Below the pieces are notes generated by a model. The model was not told the DNA's origin and searched no databases. It saw only the letters and a list, made by a program, of their open reading frames with translations. A stretch of DNA of 63,905 bases, from positions 1 through 63,905 of the IMG/VR virus record IMGVR_UViG_3300037245_001426; one strand, given 5' to 3'. Position numbers and translations under genes: made by a program. The stretch is from a virus (lineage: Duplodnaviria > Caudoviricetes). Shown here in pieces: positions 1 through 8,206 of this stretch; positions within the stretch are counted from its first letter, which is position 1, and each line of letters begins with the position of its first letter.

Positions 1-125
1 GCCTCCTCAAAAGTTGGTTCACGCGAAGAAAATTCTTTGCCATTGATATCAATGTACACATGCCAACTATCATCATGCTCAATTCTGACTTTACCGCCGA
101 ATTTGATGATACTAAGAAGGCTCAT
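1..125 (-). CDS. small early protein, truncated by window edge
   Basis: Manual translation MSLLSIIKFGGKVRIEHDDSWHVYIDINGKEFSSREPTFEE...; ATG overlaps the upstream stop (ATGA). Confidence 0.6.
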   Translation of the reverse strand, partial: MSLLSIIKFGGKVRIEHDDSWHVYIDINGKEFSSREPTFEE

Positions 126-289
126 TCAACCATTGCCAATCTTAGTTTCAGGACTTCGAGGGCGTCCTCAAATTTCTTTCCTATTCCTTGCTCTGTTCCG
201 TGGTTTTCAACTATAGTCGAAATGCACCATATCTTGTTCATGTAATCGATCGTAAGATCAAGTCCAAGGGCTTCAACTTCCTCTAGCAT
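122..289 (-). CDS. 55-aa early protein, putative HicB-N/dsRBD-like beta-beta-beta-alpha fold
   Basis: Manual translation MLEEVEALGLDLTIDYMNKIWCISTIVENHGTEQGIGKKFEDALEVLKLRLAMVE; overlaps both neighbours. Confidence 0.6.
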   Translation of the reverse strand: MLEEVEALGLDLTIDYMNKIWCISTIVENHGTEQGIGKKFEDALEVLKLRLAMVE

Positions 290-444
290 TGGAACATCTC
301 CGGGTGGGTTCGTATTAAGTTGCCAATTGCTTCACTCGGCGAGCGTCCAGCATCCCAGTACCCTCTGTACCCTAGGATGCTAGCGTGATAGTCGTGTGAC
401 CGTTTTTCCACAACGACTATATGCTTTCCTATTTTGATTCTCAT
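283..444 (-). CDS. HicB-like small protein
   Basis: Likely start MRIKIG after GAGG; VVVEKRSHDYHASILGYRGYWDAGRSPSEAIGNL fits the HicB N-terminal pattern. Confidence 0.5.
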   Translation of the reverse strand: MRIKIGKHIVVVEKRSHDYHASILGYRGYWDAGRSPSEAIGNLIRTHPEMFQC

Positions 445-451
445 ATCAACC

Positions 452-685
452 TCAAAAGGATGCAACCTGGGTAAGTGCGTGCGAGGCGCGCGTAACGGCT
501 TCATTCATATCACGCCCGCACACTGATAGCGTACCACTTGCAGCGAGAGTCATGCAAATCATCCAGGGGTATGGTTCACGCCCATGTACAGTGTGGAAGT
601 TCCCGACTGCTGGATGCAATTCCACGGCTAAACTCAGAACTAGATCGTGTTCGCCCAGGTCCACAATTCTTTCTTCAAGCGTCAT
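452..685 (-). CDS. small early hypothetical protein
   Basis: ORF in tightly packed run; W...CGRDMNEAV pattern like its neighbours. Confidence 0.6.
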   Translation of the reverse strand: MTLEERIVDLGEHDLVLSLAVELHPAVGNFHTVHGREPYPWMICMTLAASGTLSVCGRDMNEAVTRASHALTQVASF

Positions 686-866
686 TTACTCTCTCCAGTT
701 TTTTGAGTACAGAATCCACGGCTTCTTCGAGTGTTTCACAGGAGACTGTGAATGATATATCCGGCGTGAGTTCGACCTTTATCTCCCAATAATCCACGCG
801 ACAACTCACGCTATGTGGGCACCAAATTAGGTCGCCAACTCCGCTGCATGATTTAATCACCATCAT
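675..866 (-). CDS. small early hypothetical protein
   Basis: GGAG upstream; WEIKV...CETLEEAV pattern. Confidence 0.6.
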   Translation of the reverse strand: MMVIKSCSGVGDLIWCPHSVSCRVDYWEIKVELTPDISFTVSCETLEEAVDSVLKKLERVNDA

Positions 867-868
867 CC

Positions 869-1021
869 CTATTCTCCTAAGTACGTTTCACGAAGATGGC
901 GCCATTCTTCTATGAATTTTTGTAGTCGTTCTTCACGTTCCTCTGCTTCCTTGCGTTCTTCCTCAATGAAGTCATTGAAACGTGATTCCAGGAATTCAAA
1001 GTGATTCTGTATCTGGCTCAT
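869..1021 (-). CDS. 50-aa acidic coiled-coil protein
   Basis: Manual translation MSQIQNHFEFLESRFNDFIEEERKEAEEREERLQKFIEEWRHLRETYLGE; GGAG upstream. Confidence 0.55.
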   Translation of the reverse strand: MSQIQNHFEFLESRFNDFIEEERKEAEEREERLQKFIEEWRHLRETYLGE

Positions 1022-1256
1022 CTATCTCCTCCACTAAATGCTCTTGTTTTACAATGCACAACTTAGGGATACACATTGTTCCATTGAATTGGCTAACGCC
1101 ACACGCAGAAGCGGCCACACAAATCAGATCTTTCGTTTCCCCAACCAAAAAACCGACCGTTATTATCTCTGCGAGTTTCATATCCAGATCACGCTTAAAG
1201 GTCCAACCGTCCCCGGATAGCGAGTCATTCCATGTAATTCTTACTTGTTTCATCAC
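996..1256 (-). CDS. hypothetical phage protein
   Basis: V.ITW.DS...GW...TVGFL...IP pattern common in small phage proteins. Confidence 0.65.
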   Translation of the reverse strand: MMKQVRITWNDSLSGDGWTFKRDLDMKLAEIITVGFLVGETKDLICVAASACGVSQFNGTMCIPKLCIVKQEHLVEEIDEPDTESL

Positions 1257-1797
1257 ATTTTCTCCTTACTAGGTCCAGAACTACTTCGGCATCCTGTAGT
1301 GCAGTATGCGCGACTTTGCCATCAATCCCAGCACGACCCATACAAGTCAACGTATCCGGCAGTGCAAAGCCGTCAACCTTAGGATCCCAGTAAAGATTTC
1401 CGGGATCAATGGCTGCACGACCTCCGCGGTGGATTGGTACTTCATTCCAATCTTTCAACTTCTTTAGGAACGGAAGATCGAATCCTGCGAAGTTCTTGCC
1501 GCACACGTTGAAGTCTCTGTGGTTGTACTTCCGTAGCCACCTCAAAAATTCGCGAATCAAATGGTCATGACGCAGATAACGGTAAGTGTCTGTCCGTGCG
1601 GCGATCCTCTGTAGAATCTTGGAATGCATCTGCATAGCGAACGGCTCGCCGCGGTACACATCATGGGTAACGTAGCAATGGAACCTAGGACACAAGTCCA
1701 GGTCCCAAGGGCCGTTGAGTATAGCACCAAACTCCCAAATCTGGCACGTTTCTGGGTCAAGACCCGAGGTTTCAAGATCAATGCTTACAAGGTTCAT
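1225..1797 (-). CDS. DnaQ/DEDDh 3'-5' exonuclease
   Basis: Exo motifs IDLETSG, NFAGFD, AHTALQD. Confidence 0.85.
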   Translation of the reverse strand: MNLVSIDLETSGLDPETCQIWEFGAILNGPWDLDLCPRFHCYVTHDVYRGEPFAMQMHSKILQRIAARTDTYRYLRHDHLIREFLRWLRKYNHRDFNVCGKNFAGFDLPFLKKLKDWNEVPIHRGGRAAIDPGNLYWDPKVDGFALPDTLTCMGRAGIDGKVAHTALQDAEVVLDLVRRKCDETSKNYME

Positions 1798-1970
1798 GGT
1801 TGCTCCGAAATTTGAGTCAATTCAGTCATCACCAAGACTTCGTCTATTGTTTTCTCTCAGAATGCGTGGCCCCTGTTACCGGCGTACTTGACGTCGAGCG
1901 TAAAATCGTCCTTGCCTACGCGTAGAGTCACCTGTTTCCTAATTGCTAACAGTCTTTCTTCAATTGTCAT
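1794..1970 (-). pseudogene. small ORF interrupted by one in-frame TGA (1857-1859)
   Basis: MTIEERLLAIRKQVTLRVGKDDFTLDVKYAGNRGHAF*EKTIDEVLVMTELTQISEQP; ATGA coupling to both neighbours only if read through the stop. Confidence 0.5.
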
Positions 1971-2398
1971 AGTTCTTTCCTTAAGAGGATGCCGTCCCGG
2001 CCGTCCGGGTAGAGTTCAGGTTTGATCTCAGCGGCCTCGAAACCGTGGGATACAGCCCAATTGATTCCGAGCGCATTCTCTTCGTGTAGAACTGCTTCCA
2101 TGCAATTTAACTTCCAACCTACACATCGCTCCTCAATATCTTTGAGAAGCTCTGTACCAATACCCTGCTTGCGGAAGGACGACCTCACAGCCAGCTTGTG
2201 GATCACGCACGTTACTCCAGGCTTAACGGCGTAAAAGCCCACAACCCTAAAGTCTTCACCATCCGGGCGTATTAAGCCATTGATAATATACTTGCTTAAC
2301 GAATTCCATTCGTCAAGCCACGGGTATTCGTACGACTTGACATCAATGTCTTTCAAGTACGGTGGCCAAAACGGTTGAAAATGGTTAATCATTCGCAA
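1967..2398 (-). CDS. GNAT (RimI-like) acetyltransferase
   Basis: Acetyl-CoA motif A LAVRSSFRKQGIG; EEN..., GF..., YPDG.DG. Confidence 0.85.
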   Translation of the reverse strand: MRMINHFQPFWPPYLKDIDVKSYEYPWLDEWNSLSKYIINGLIRPDGEDFRVVGFYAVKPGVTCVIHKLAVRSSFRKQGIGTELLKDIEERCVGWKLNCMEAVLHEENALGINWAVSHGFEAAEIKPELYPDGRDGILLRKEL

Positions 2399-3336
2399 TT
2401 CGCGAAGAACTCAGCTTCGCGATCCTCCCCTTCTAGGCCGGCTATGTGCCCGCGATCTGTAGTTGCCATCTCTTCAAACTGCGCGATACGGTCTGCGTTA
2501 CCCTGTTCGTTGAGGTAATCAAAAATCTGGCCGGTGTTGATCCGCTTCCAAATCTCTTCAATTGTTTCTAGCAGTCCGTATTGATACTCGGGGCTAGTCC
2601 GCAGGCGATGGCTGGCAAATCGCAATTTAGCAGGAGGACCGCATATCTGCTCGATACCGAAGATTACCTCTTCGCTGCCTACCGGCTCTCCAAGAATCCA
2701 GGAATAAATCGTTTCTTGATCGGCCCAAGCACGGTCGCCGTCTTCAAGATTCATGGCAGCGTTGATCATGATACCGCGGAAGTTGATGACGTGCGCATTC
2801 TTATGGACCTTGTCGCCGGGCATCAATTTTACGTAACCCTTCATCGGGGACTTCGTCCTGGTTGAGCAGTAGCCGTTGACTTTCCAATCATAAATTACTC
2901 GGGCACCTTCTTCATTGATGAAGAAAATATCGGGAATGCCCCGAAGAGGTACGCCACTTACTTCCTGAATCATTGAGAACTCGAACCTCGGCGGGCCGAC
3001 GGACTTCTTTAATTCTGCCATCAAAGCGCGCAAACAACCTTCCTGCTTGTATGCGCCGAACACGTGCTCTCCGGCCATCTTTGCGAAATCGTAGTTGTGA
3101 GGTTCGACCTGGGCCTCGAAGAGGGCATCACGCTCGAACGCCGGATTCCCGTCACCAATCAACTTGTCATACAACCAGCTTTTGCAGTAAGCGTCAAAAG
3201 CGCTGCCGACGCACATAGGTTGCGTCTGCGGGTCGCGAGGCTGTTTGATTTCGCACAAATACCGCCAGAAGAATTTCTCGGTGTCCTGTTCAAACAGCTT
3301 GATGGACGTAGGACTCAAGTATTTAGGGATTCTCAT
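2389..3336 (-). CDS. PD-(D/E)XK exonuclease (RecB/Cas4-like)
   Basis: LSPTSIK N-terminus, G.AF, E...LRGIPD...IYDWK, Q..IY. Confidence 0.75.
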   Translation of the reverse strand: MRIPKYLSPTSIKLFEQDTEKFFWRYLCEIKQPRDPQTQPMCVGSAFDAYCKSWLYDKLIGDGNPAFERDALFEAQVEPHNYDFAKMAGEHVFGAYKQEGCLRALMAELKKSVGPPRFEFSMIQEVSGVPLRGIPDIFFINEEGARVIYDWKVNGYCSTRTKSPMKGYVKLMPGDKVHKNAHVINFRGIMINAAMNLEDGDRAWADQETIYSWILGEPVGSEEVIFGIEQICGPPAKLRFASHRLRTSPEYQYGLLETIEEIWKRINTGQIFDYLNEQGNADRIAQFEEMATTDRGHIAGLEGEDREAEFFANCE

Positions 3337-3782
3337 TTTGTCTCCTTAGGGTAGTCTGGACACATTAAACGACTACATTCTAACAGGTTTTGCCAGTCCG
3401 CGCAGTCAGGATCTAGACCCACCCTGGCGCAACACGCATTCGCATCAATAACGGCCTCAGCTAGTTCATTGGTCATGTTAATTTTCATTACTTCCTCCAG
3501 GAATCTAGAAATCTTTTCGCCTAAAGGGTTCGGACAGAATGAGGTCATACTGATTTCATCAAAGATAAGGTGTAATACCTTAGCCTCTTCCAAGCTAAGG
3601 ATCAGAATCGGGCTACCGTCAATGTCCATGGCCCTCTTGCCGGGTTGATTTTCAGATCTTTCCTCTAGTTTGCTTGCAATTGATTCAAGTATATCAGGAT
3701 CTAACTCGTCGATCCCGTATGACACAGGTACCTCAGTCAGACGGTCGGCCAGGTCTCGCATGTAAATGATTGTTTCTTCCAT
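3333..3782 (-). CDS. hypothetical protein
   Basis: ORF coupled to neighbours. Confidence 0.55.
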   Translation of the reverse strand: MEETIIYMRDLADRLTEVPVSYGIDELDPDILESIASKLEERSENQPGKRAMDIDGSPILILSLEEAKVLHLIFDEISMTSFCPNPLGEKISRFLEEVMKINMTNELAEAVIDANACCARVGLDPDCADWQNLLECSRLMCPDYPKETK

Positions 3783-3952
3783 TATTTCGAGCCTCGTTCG
3801 TTGTTACAAATGGTGCACCGGTAAGAGGGTTTATCACCCTTAGTTGGATTATGCACCCTCTTACCGTGTCCGTACTTGTGGTTCTGGTAATCTACTCCGG
3901 CTGTACCTTTGTAGATACCGCGCGCCGTCTTACAGTCACAATGTAGAATCAT
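3782..3952 (-). CDS. 56-aa zinc-finger-like protein
   Basis: Manual translation MILHCDCK...YQNHKYGHGKRVHNPTKGDKPSYRCTICNNERGSK; TAATG coupling at both ends. Confidence 0.7.
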   Translation of the reverse strand: MILHCDCKTARGIYKGTAGVDYQNHKYGHGKRVHNPTKGDKPSYRCTICNNERGSK

Positions 3953-4032
3953 TATTGCTCCCTTGCAATTGAGATTAGAATCTGAGCTAACACTAGAGCT
4001 ATCGCAATGGTCCAGAGAAAGGCTCTTTTCAT
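3952..4032 (-). CDS. 26-aa membrane peptide
   Basis: MKRAFLWTIAIALVLAQILISIAREQ fills the gap exactly. Confidence 0.5.
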   Translation of the reverse strand: MKRAFLWTIAIALVLAQILISIAREQ

Positions 4033-4033
4033 T

Positions 4034-4336
4034 CTAACCATAAAGATGCACCAGTCTTGCCCAAAACTCAAGTTCATCTTCATGTTGGAGTTTTTCAAGG
4101 GTAGTCAGCCAGCATGGAACTGGGTTATGTTTGCAATGTAGGAACACTGGTTGCCTACCGTATTTTGTGGAAGTACGATAGCCCGCAGTATCCATCCAAA
4201 CACCTTTTAGTTTCCAATCCACTACGCGTGCGTCAAGATCTTTGAATTCAAATAAATGTGATAGTTCATACACACCACGGACAACTTCCTCAGGTAGAAC
4301 TACGTTGCCTCTAGACTTTGACATTTTCGTCCACAT
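4034..4336 (-). CDS. small protein with class I aaRS KMSKS signature
   Basis: Begins MWTKMSKSRGNVVLPEEVV; TAATG-coupled to the ligase. Confidence 0.65.
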   Translation of the reverse strand: MWTKMSKSRGNVVLPEEVVRGVYELSHLFEFKDLDARVVDWKLKGVWMDTAGYRTSTKYGRQPVFLHCKHNPVPCWLTTLEKLQHEDELEFWARLVHLYG

Positions 4337-5382
4337 TACCGTTTCCTCCAGTATCTTGCTTCCTTGGGTACACCGTCATCGCTGAGTTCACGGTACTTGA
4401 ACGTGATTAGTTGTCCGACCTTGAAGTGCGCGCCCTCGGTGAACTCAGGCATTTCCTCACCCGGGTGGTGCCAAGCCCAGTCCTCGTGGTTTGCATCAAA
4501 CTTACGCTCTTCGTCGGTCAATCCTGAGAGTTCCAGGCGTTTGCCGTTGAAATCAATCACTAACGCCCCTATCAAACCTCGCAGTTTCGAGCCACGTTCG
4601 GTTTCGCGGCCGGACGTGAAGCCAATAATAACTCCTTCGGCATCTGACCACGGCTTGTGCTTCAGGAGACCGTGCGAGCGTATGGTATCCCACGTAATCG
4701 ACGGATTCCTGAGCATGACTCCTTCAGCGTCATTCATGAGGAAGGCGTCAAGGTGGCTTGCCACTTCAGCCTTGGCCTCGGTCAGGACGTTGGACAATTT
4801 GATTTGCGGAATCAAAACGACTACCTTGTTCTGTTTGACATTGGCGGCCAACCAAGACCTCGAGAATCCTTCCTGATGGACGATAGGCGCATGCGCAGCC
4901 AGTTCCCAGTACCAATTTCGAGCCGACGGCTCAATCCAATAACTGTACTGGCTACGAACCTTGATCTCCCTACACTCCAAGAACCTTTTCATCGGAGGGG
5001 AATCGAACACATTAAAGGACACTCGGTTCCAGCGTTCGTCAGGTACATGCTGCGCGACGATCTTCCTTAAGGTCTGGAATTGCTTTCGACCCATGAACAA
5101 CTCACCATCAAGCGGGACTCTAGGAAGCTGGTCAAGCCATTTTGGGAGCGCGTGAATTACTTTGCCGCTTCGAGTCCAGAGTCCTGTGGCCACGGGCTGA
5201 GTTTTCAAACGGTAGTCTTTGGCAGTATTTGCATACGGTACTTCGTCGGCCGGCATACCTCTGGTGACTCCACCGTCCCAGAAAGCCCGCTCACCGTCCA
5301 TCTTTTCACTCAGAAGCCAACCAGCAATGTAATGCTTCATCGGCTTGTAAGTCTGTGCTAGCATAAGGTATTCTTGTTTCAT
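4336..5382 (-). CDS. ATP-dependent DNA ligase
   Basis: Motif I SEKMDGER, LDGEL, FNVFD, EGVMLR, LLKHKP, C-terminal OB domain. Confidence 0.92.
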   Translation of the reverse strand: MKQEYLMLAQTYKPMKHYIAGWLLSEKMDGERAFWDGGVTRGMPADEVPYANTAKDYRLKTQPVATGLWTRSGKVIHALPKWLDQLPRVPLDGELFMGRKQFQTLRKIVAQHVPDERWNRVSFNVFDSPPMKRFLECREIKVRSQYSYWIEPSARNWYWELAAHAPIVHQEGFSRSWLAANVKQNKVVVLIPQIKLSNVLTEAKAEVASHLDAFLMNDAEGVMLRNPSITWDTIRSHGLLKHKPWSDAEGVIIGFTSGRETERGSKLRGLIGALVIDFNGKRLELSGLTDEERKFDANHEDWAWHHPGEEMPEFTEGAHFKVGQLITFKYRELSDDGVPKEARYWRKR

Positions 5383-5642
5383 GTTATCCTTTTGAGTTCT
5401 TCAATGTACCGTTCATGATTCCGTGAGTCAAACGAGTAAAATAACTCCCGCTTGCGGGCTGCGTCGACTAAGTCGCGTTCTGGCCGCGGTTTACGAGCCC
5501 AGAAGTACAGCCAGAAGAACGGTGCTGCTGGTACTGTCAATGGCCAAATCATGGAAACAATCATAGCATGGATCACTCCTTGACTGGTCCGCGGGTACGT
5601 GTGTACGAACGCGACGACGACACCTAGGATGTAATAGCTCAT
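5379..5642 (-). CDS. small membrane protein
   Basis: Hydrophobic segments, IWP motif. Confidence 0.55.
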   Translation of the reverse strand: MSYYILGVVVAFVHTYPRTSQGVIHAMIVSMIWPLTVPAAPFFWLYFWARKPRPERDLVDAARKRELFYSFDSRNHERYIEELKRIT

Positions 5643-5830
5643 TTCATTCTCCTAGCTTCTGTGAGAATGGTCTTGAAATCATCAACAGCGGTACGAACTC
5701 TGAACCCATCTAGTTGGATAGATTCATTATCTCTAGCGCATCCGGTGTCCAAGGCCAGTGAAAGTTCATTGTACCGCTTACGCAATTCACCACTTACACG
5801 TCTGATGTGTTTTACGCGGTATCCGCTCAT
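5639..5830 (-). CDS. hypothetical protein
   Basis: ATGA-coupled ORF with GGAGG. Confidence 0.55.
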   Translation of the reverse strand: MSGYRVKHIRRVSGELRKRYNELSLALDTGCARDNESIQLDGFRVRTAVDDFKTILTEARRMK

Positions 5831-6066
5831 CGTGCCTCCAGTTGTTGAAGAATCTTTTCTTGATGGGCCATGAAGACGTCGAATTTTGCCTTGCCATCAA
5901 GCGTCGAACTATGTTTCAAGGCGAGCCGCGTTCTTTCGGCTTGTACACGGAGGCTATCCATCCTGGCTGTGAACTTTTGCAAATCTTCACGCCACTTGGA
6001 TTGACACATCCGGCAGTACCAGAGTATAGTCAAAAGGATCCACAGACAGAGTTGCACGTAAATCAT
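5827..6066 (-). CDS. membrane-anchored small protein
   Basis: N-terminal TM; ends ILQQLEAR. Confidence 0.55.
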   Translation of the reverse strand: MIYVQLCLWILLTILWYCRMCQSKWREDLQKFTARMDSLRVQAERTRLALKHSSTLDGKAKFDVFMAHQEKILQQLEAR

Positions 6067-6167
6067 GTTACCTTCCTAATACCTTTAGCGATCCAGATGA
6101 TCACAGAACCAATACACCAGCCAAAACAACCGTACGCAATAGCCACGACTACAGGATTATCCATCAT
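6063..6167 (-). CDS. 34-aa membrane peptide
   Basis: MMDNPVVVAIAYGCFGWCIGSVIIWIAKGIRKVT after GGAGG. Confidence 0.55.
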   Translation of the reverse strand: MMDNPVVVAIAYGCFGWCIGSVIIWIAKGIRKVT

Positions 6168-6706
6168 CGTCCCTCCAGTTGTTGAAGAATATCTTTTCGA
6201 TAGGTCCAATAACGTTCGGTTGTGTAACCGAACCCTTTGATCTCTGGAAGCAAGACTTCTACGATTCTGATAGTAGTGTCGTCGAAGTATTCCCACCACG
6301 GCTTCTTTCCGGGAGTAGGTTTGGTGATCTCAAAATCAACAGGTGGAGCCCCAATGGTATCAAAGAAGGTATTGACCTCCTCAGCGAGACCGTTTTCATA
6401 TCTAAGCACACGATCTGATTGTTCTGCATGGTAATAGAATCCGGGGTCCCGACTACGTTTAACGTGGGCTAGCACTGTCTCAAAGAAGGATTTCTTGGTT
6501 TCATGGAAATACGTCGCTAGGACTTCCAGTGGATGCCGGACAACGGAAAACGTAATCAGACCATCAGCAGTATGATCAGCCTTCTCGTGGTGACTGTTGT
6601 TATACTCAAAGCCACCGTGCTGCTCAAGGGCCTTGAGGCAGGCCCTTGAGCCCGTGTGCGGCTCAGCCAGGTAGACGTAGCCGTACTTTCTGTTGACTAT
6701 TGCCAT
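6164..6706 (-). CDS. sulfotransferase-like (Sulfotransfer_2-type) protein
   Basis: PHTGSR (5'-PSB-like), FSVVRHP (3'-PB-like), LRYEN, C-terminal FGY. Confidence 0.7.
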   Translation of the reverse strand: MAIVNRKYGYVYLAEPHTGSRACLKALEQHGGFEYNNSHHEKADHTADGLITFSVVRHPLEVLATYFHETKKSFFETVLAHVKRSRDPGFYYHAEQSDRVLRYENGLAEEVNTFFDTIGAPPVDFEITKPTPGKKPWWEYFDDTTIRIVEVLLPEIKGFGYTTERYWTYRKDILQQLEGR

Positions 6707-6707
6707 A

Positions 6708-7136
6708 TCATTTACCTGTGGGTCGTTCGTTAATAAAATTGATACCGCGGTAAGTCAGCATCGTTTGATTACCATCAATCTTGGACCAGTCAGTCCTATT
6801 GAATATATTGGCGACGTGTTCCGGTAGACGCGTGGGTTTCGGGAAGCCGGACTCTGGACCGTGCTCGTGGAAGTTTTTCCACGCGGAAATCAATTTGTCG
6901 TCCATGAGGCTTTGCGTACGATCATCGTATTCTTTTCGTTTCAGCAGAGTCAATGCGTCTTCGCTCATTAGCCCGTACACAACTTTTTCCTGGTTGGTTA
7001 ACACCGCTTCGCTTAACCAGCACTCACCTTCGTCGCAGTTCGCTACCAGCTTGATGATAGTCTTGTCATCAAATGCCAGGATAATTTGTCCCTGACTTTT
7101 GTCAAATGCCACAAGCGTTTTAGGTAGATTGTTCAT
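6708..7136 (-). CDS. hypothetical protein
   Basis: AGGAG SD, 142 aa. Confidence 0.6.
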   Translation of the reverse strand: MNNLPKTLVAFDKSQGQIILAFDDKTIIKLVANCDEGECWLSEAVLTNQEKVVYGLMSEDALTLLKRKEYDDRTQSLMDDKLISAWKNFHEHGPESGFPKPTRLPEHVANIFNRTDWSKIDGNQTMLTYRGINFINERPTGK

Positions 7137-7178
7137 GATTTCTCCTAGAGTAGTGTGTTAATAAAGCCATCGTGTCGA

Positions 7179-7364
7179 TCAAATTTCATCTGTAGCCACC
7201 ATTTCTACCCTTCCGCCCTTGAACTTCCTTAGCAGAAGCCTGGCTCGTGCTTCCTTGAGTTTGGTGGCATTGGCAGACGTGATTGTCCAAGTCACTTTCT
7301 GGTCACGGACAATAGCGTACATGGTACGGGCGAATTTTCCGGATGTCCAACGAAGATAGAACAT
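7179..7364 (-). CDS. small basic protein, paralog of 7529-7738
   Basis: MFYLRW...VTW...AT.L. Confidence 0.6.
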   Translation of the reverse strand: MFYLRWTSGKFARTMYAIVRDQKVTWTITSANATKLKEARARLLLRKFKGGRVEMVATDEI

Positions 7365-7365
7365 G

Positions 7366-7560
7366 TCATTTCTCCAAAGATAGTACACGGCTGACTTGAT
7401 TAGAACTGGTCTCAGCAATCTGAACTACAGCAGCCTTCAGCCATCCAGAATTAGGCTGACGTGACCAAAAATCTGCGTAGAATCTTGCTGAGTGTAAATC
7501 CGACGATACGACTACAGCGCAACGGCAGTCATTGTACAACTGGTACACGAACTTCTTCAC
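7366..7560 (-). CDS. hypothetical protein
   Basis: ORF between the two paralogs. Confidence 0.5.
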   Translation of the reverse strand: MKKFVYQLYNDCRCAVVVSSDLHSARFYADFWSRQPNSGWLKAAVVQIAETSSNQVSRVLSLEK

Positions 7561-7738
7561 GGGTTCCCTCGTATTTTGCTTCGATGTCTTGGCCGCGTAA
7601 CGTTTTCAACCACGCTTCGGCTGCATTCTGATGCAGTCTGGTCGCTTTTTCCTTGTGGATTGACCACGTAACATCCAAGGTGTCCGGGTTGAAAACACCG
7701 TAACGGGTTGTCGGCAAATTCCATTGCAAGTAAAACAT
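7529..7738 (-). CDS. small protein, paralog of 7179-7364
   Basis: MFYLQW...VTW...AT.L; GGAGG SD. Confidence 0.6.
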   Translation of the reverse strand: MFYLQWNLPTTRYGVFNPDTLDVTWSIHKEKATRLHQNAAEAWLKTLRGQDIEAKYEGTREEVRVPVVQ

Positions 7739-7783
7739 CTTCACCTCCAAATAGTTCTAGTTCTTCGGAAACAGTCAACTGGT

Positions 7784-8206
7784 TCACTCGGACTCCTCGA
7801 CCTCCACATATTCGTGAACCTCGCACAGCAGGGACTTTTTGCTGTTGCTTTGCCGTACTACTAGCAAGCTCTTGACCTCAATGATTTCGTCCGCAAGGCC
7901 GTGACGCTGGAAGAGTTCAGACCGTGCTCGTGGCATCAAAATGCACTTCCACCCGTGGAATCCGGTACTCTTGGAACTGTGGAGGAACCATCCAAGTTCT
8001 TGGCCCACAATCTCAGGCACATACGCTCGCCCGTAGACGAATGGTGGTGAACCTTCGTGGAGTTCGACCACCAAAATCGCGTTAGCGTCACTTTCCAAGG
8101 GCTTCAAAATTGTGCCTTCGGCCGGCGTCTGCTTGATAGTTTCGCCAAATTTCTGTGCCCATGCTTTTTGATCTTCAGACATTGAGTTTCTCCATTTTCT
8201 TGACAA
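7784..8206 (-). CDS. hypothetical protein
   Basis: ORF downstream of the sigma factor. Confidence 0.6.
   Translation of the reverse strand: MSRKWRNSMSEDQKAWAQKFGETIKQTPAEGTILKPLESDANAILVVELHEGSPPFVYGRAYVPEIVGQELGWFLHSSKSTGFHGWKCILMPRARSELFQRHGLADEIIEVKSLLVVRQSNSKKSLLCEVHEYVEVEESE

Larger units (their letters stand above)
5827..6190. repeat. 27-bp direct repeat at gene junctions (5827-5853 and 6164-6190)
   Basis: tcatcgt(g/c)cctccagttgttgaagaat, 1 mismatch; includes stop, SD and ATG. Confidence 0.85.

Noticed and set aside
2389-3336. Cas4 / CRISPR adaptation gene
   Set aside because: The four-Cys Fe-S arrangement is not evident and there is no array; it is better called a generic PD-(D/E)XK nuclease.
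3818-3866. 12-bp inverted repeat as a terminator or ncRNA
   Set aside because: It lies inside the credible zinc-finger ORF 3782-3952 and has no U-tract.
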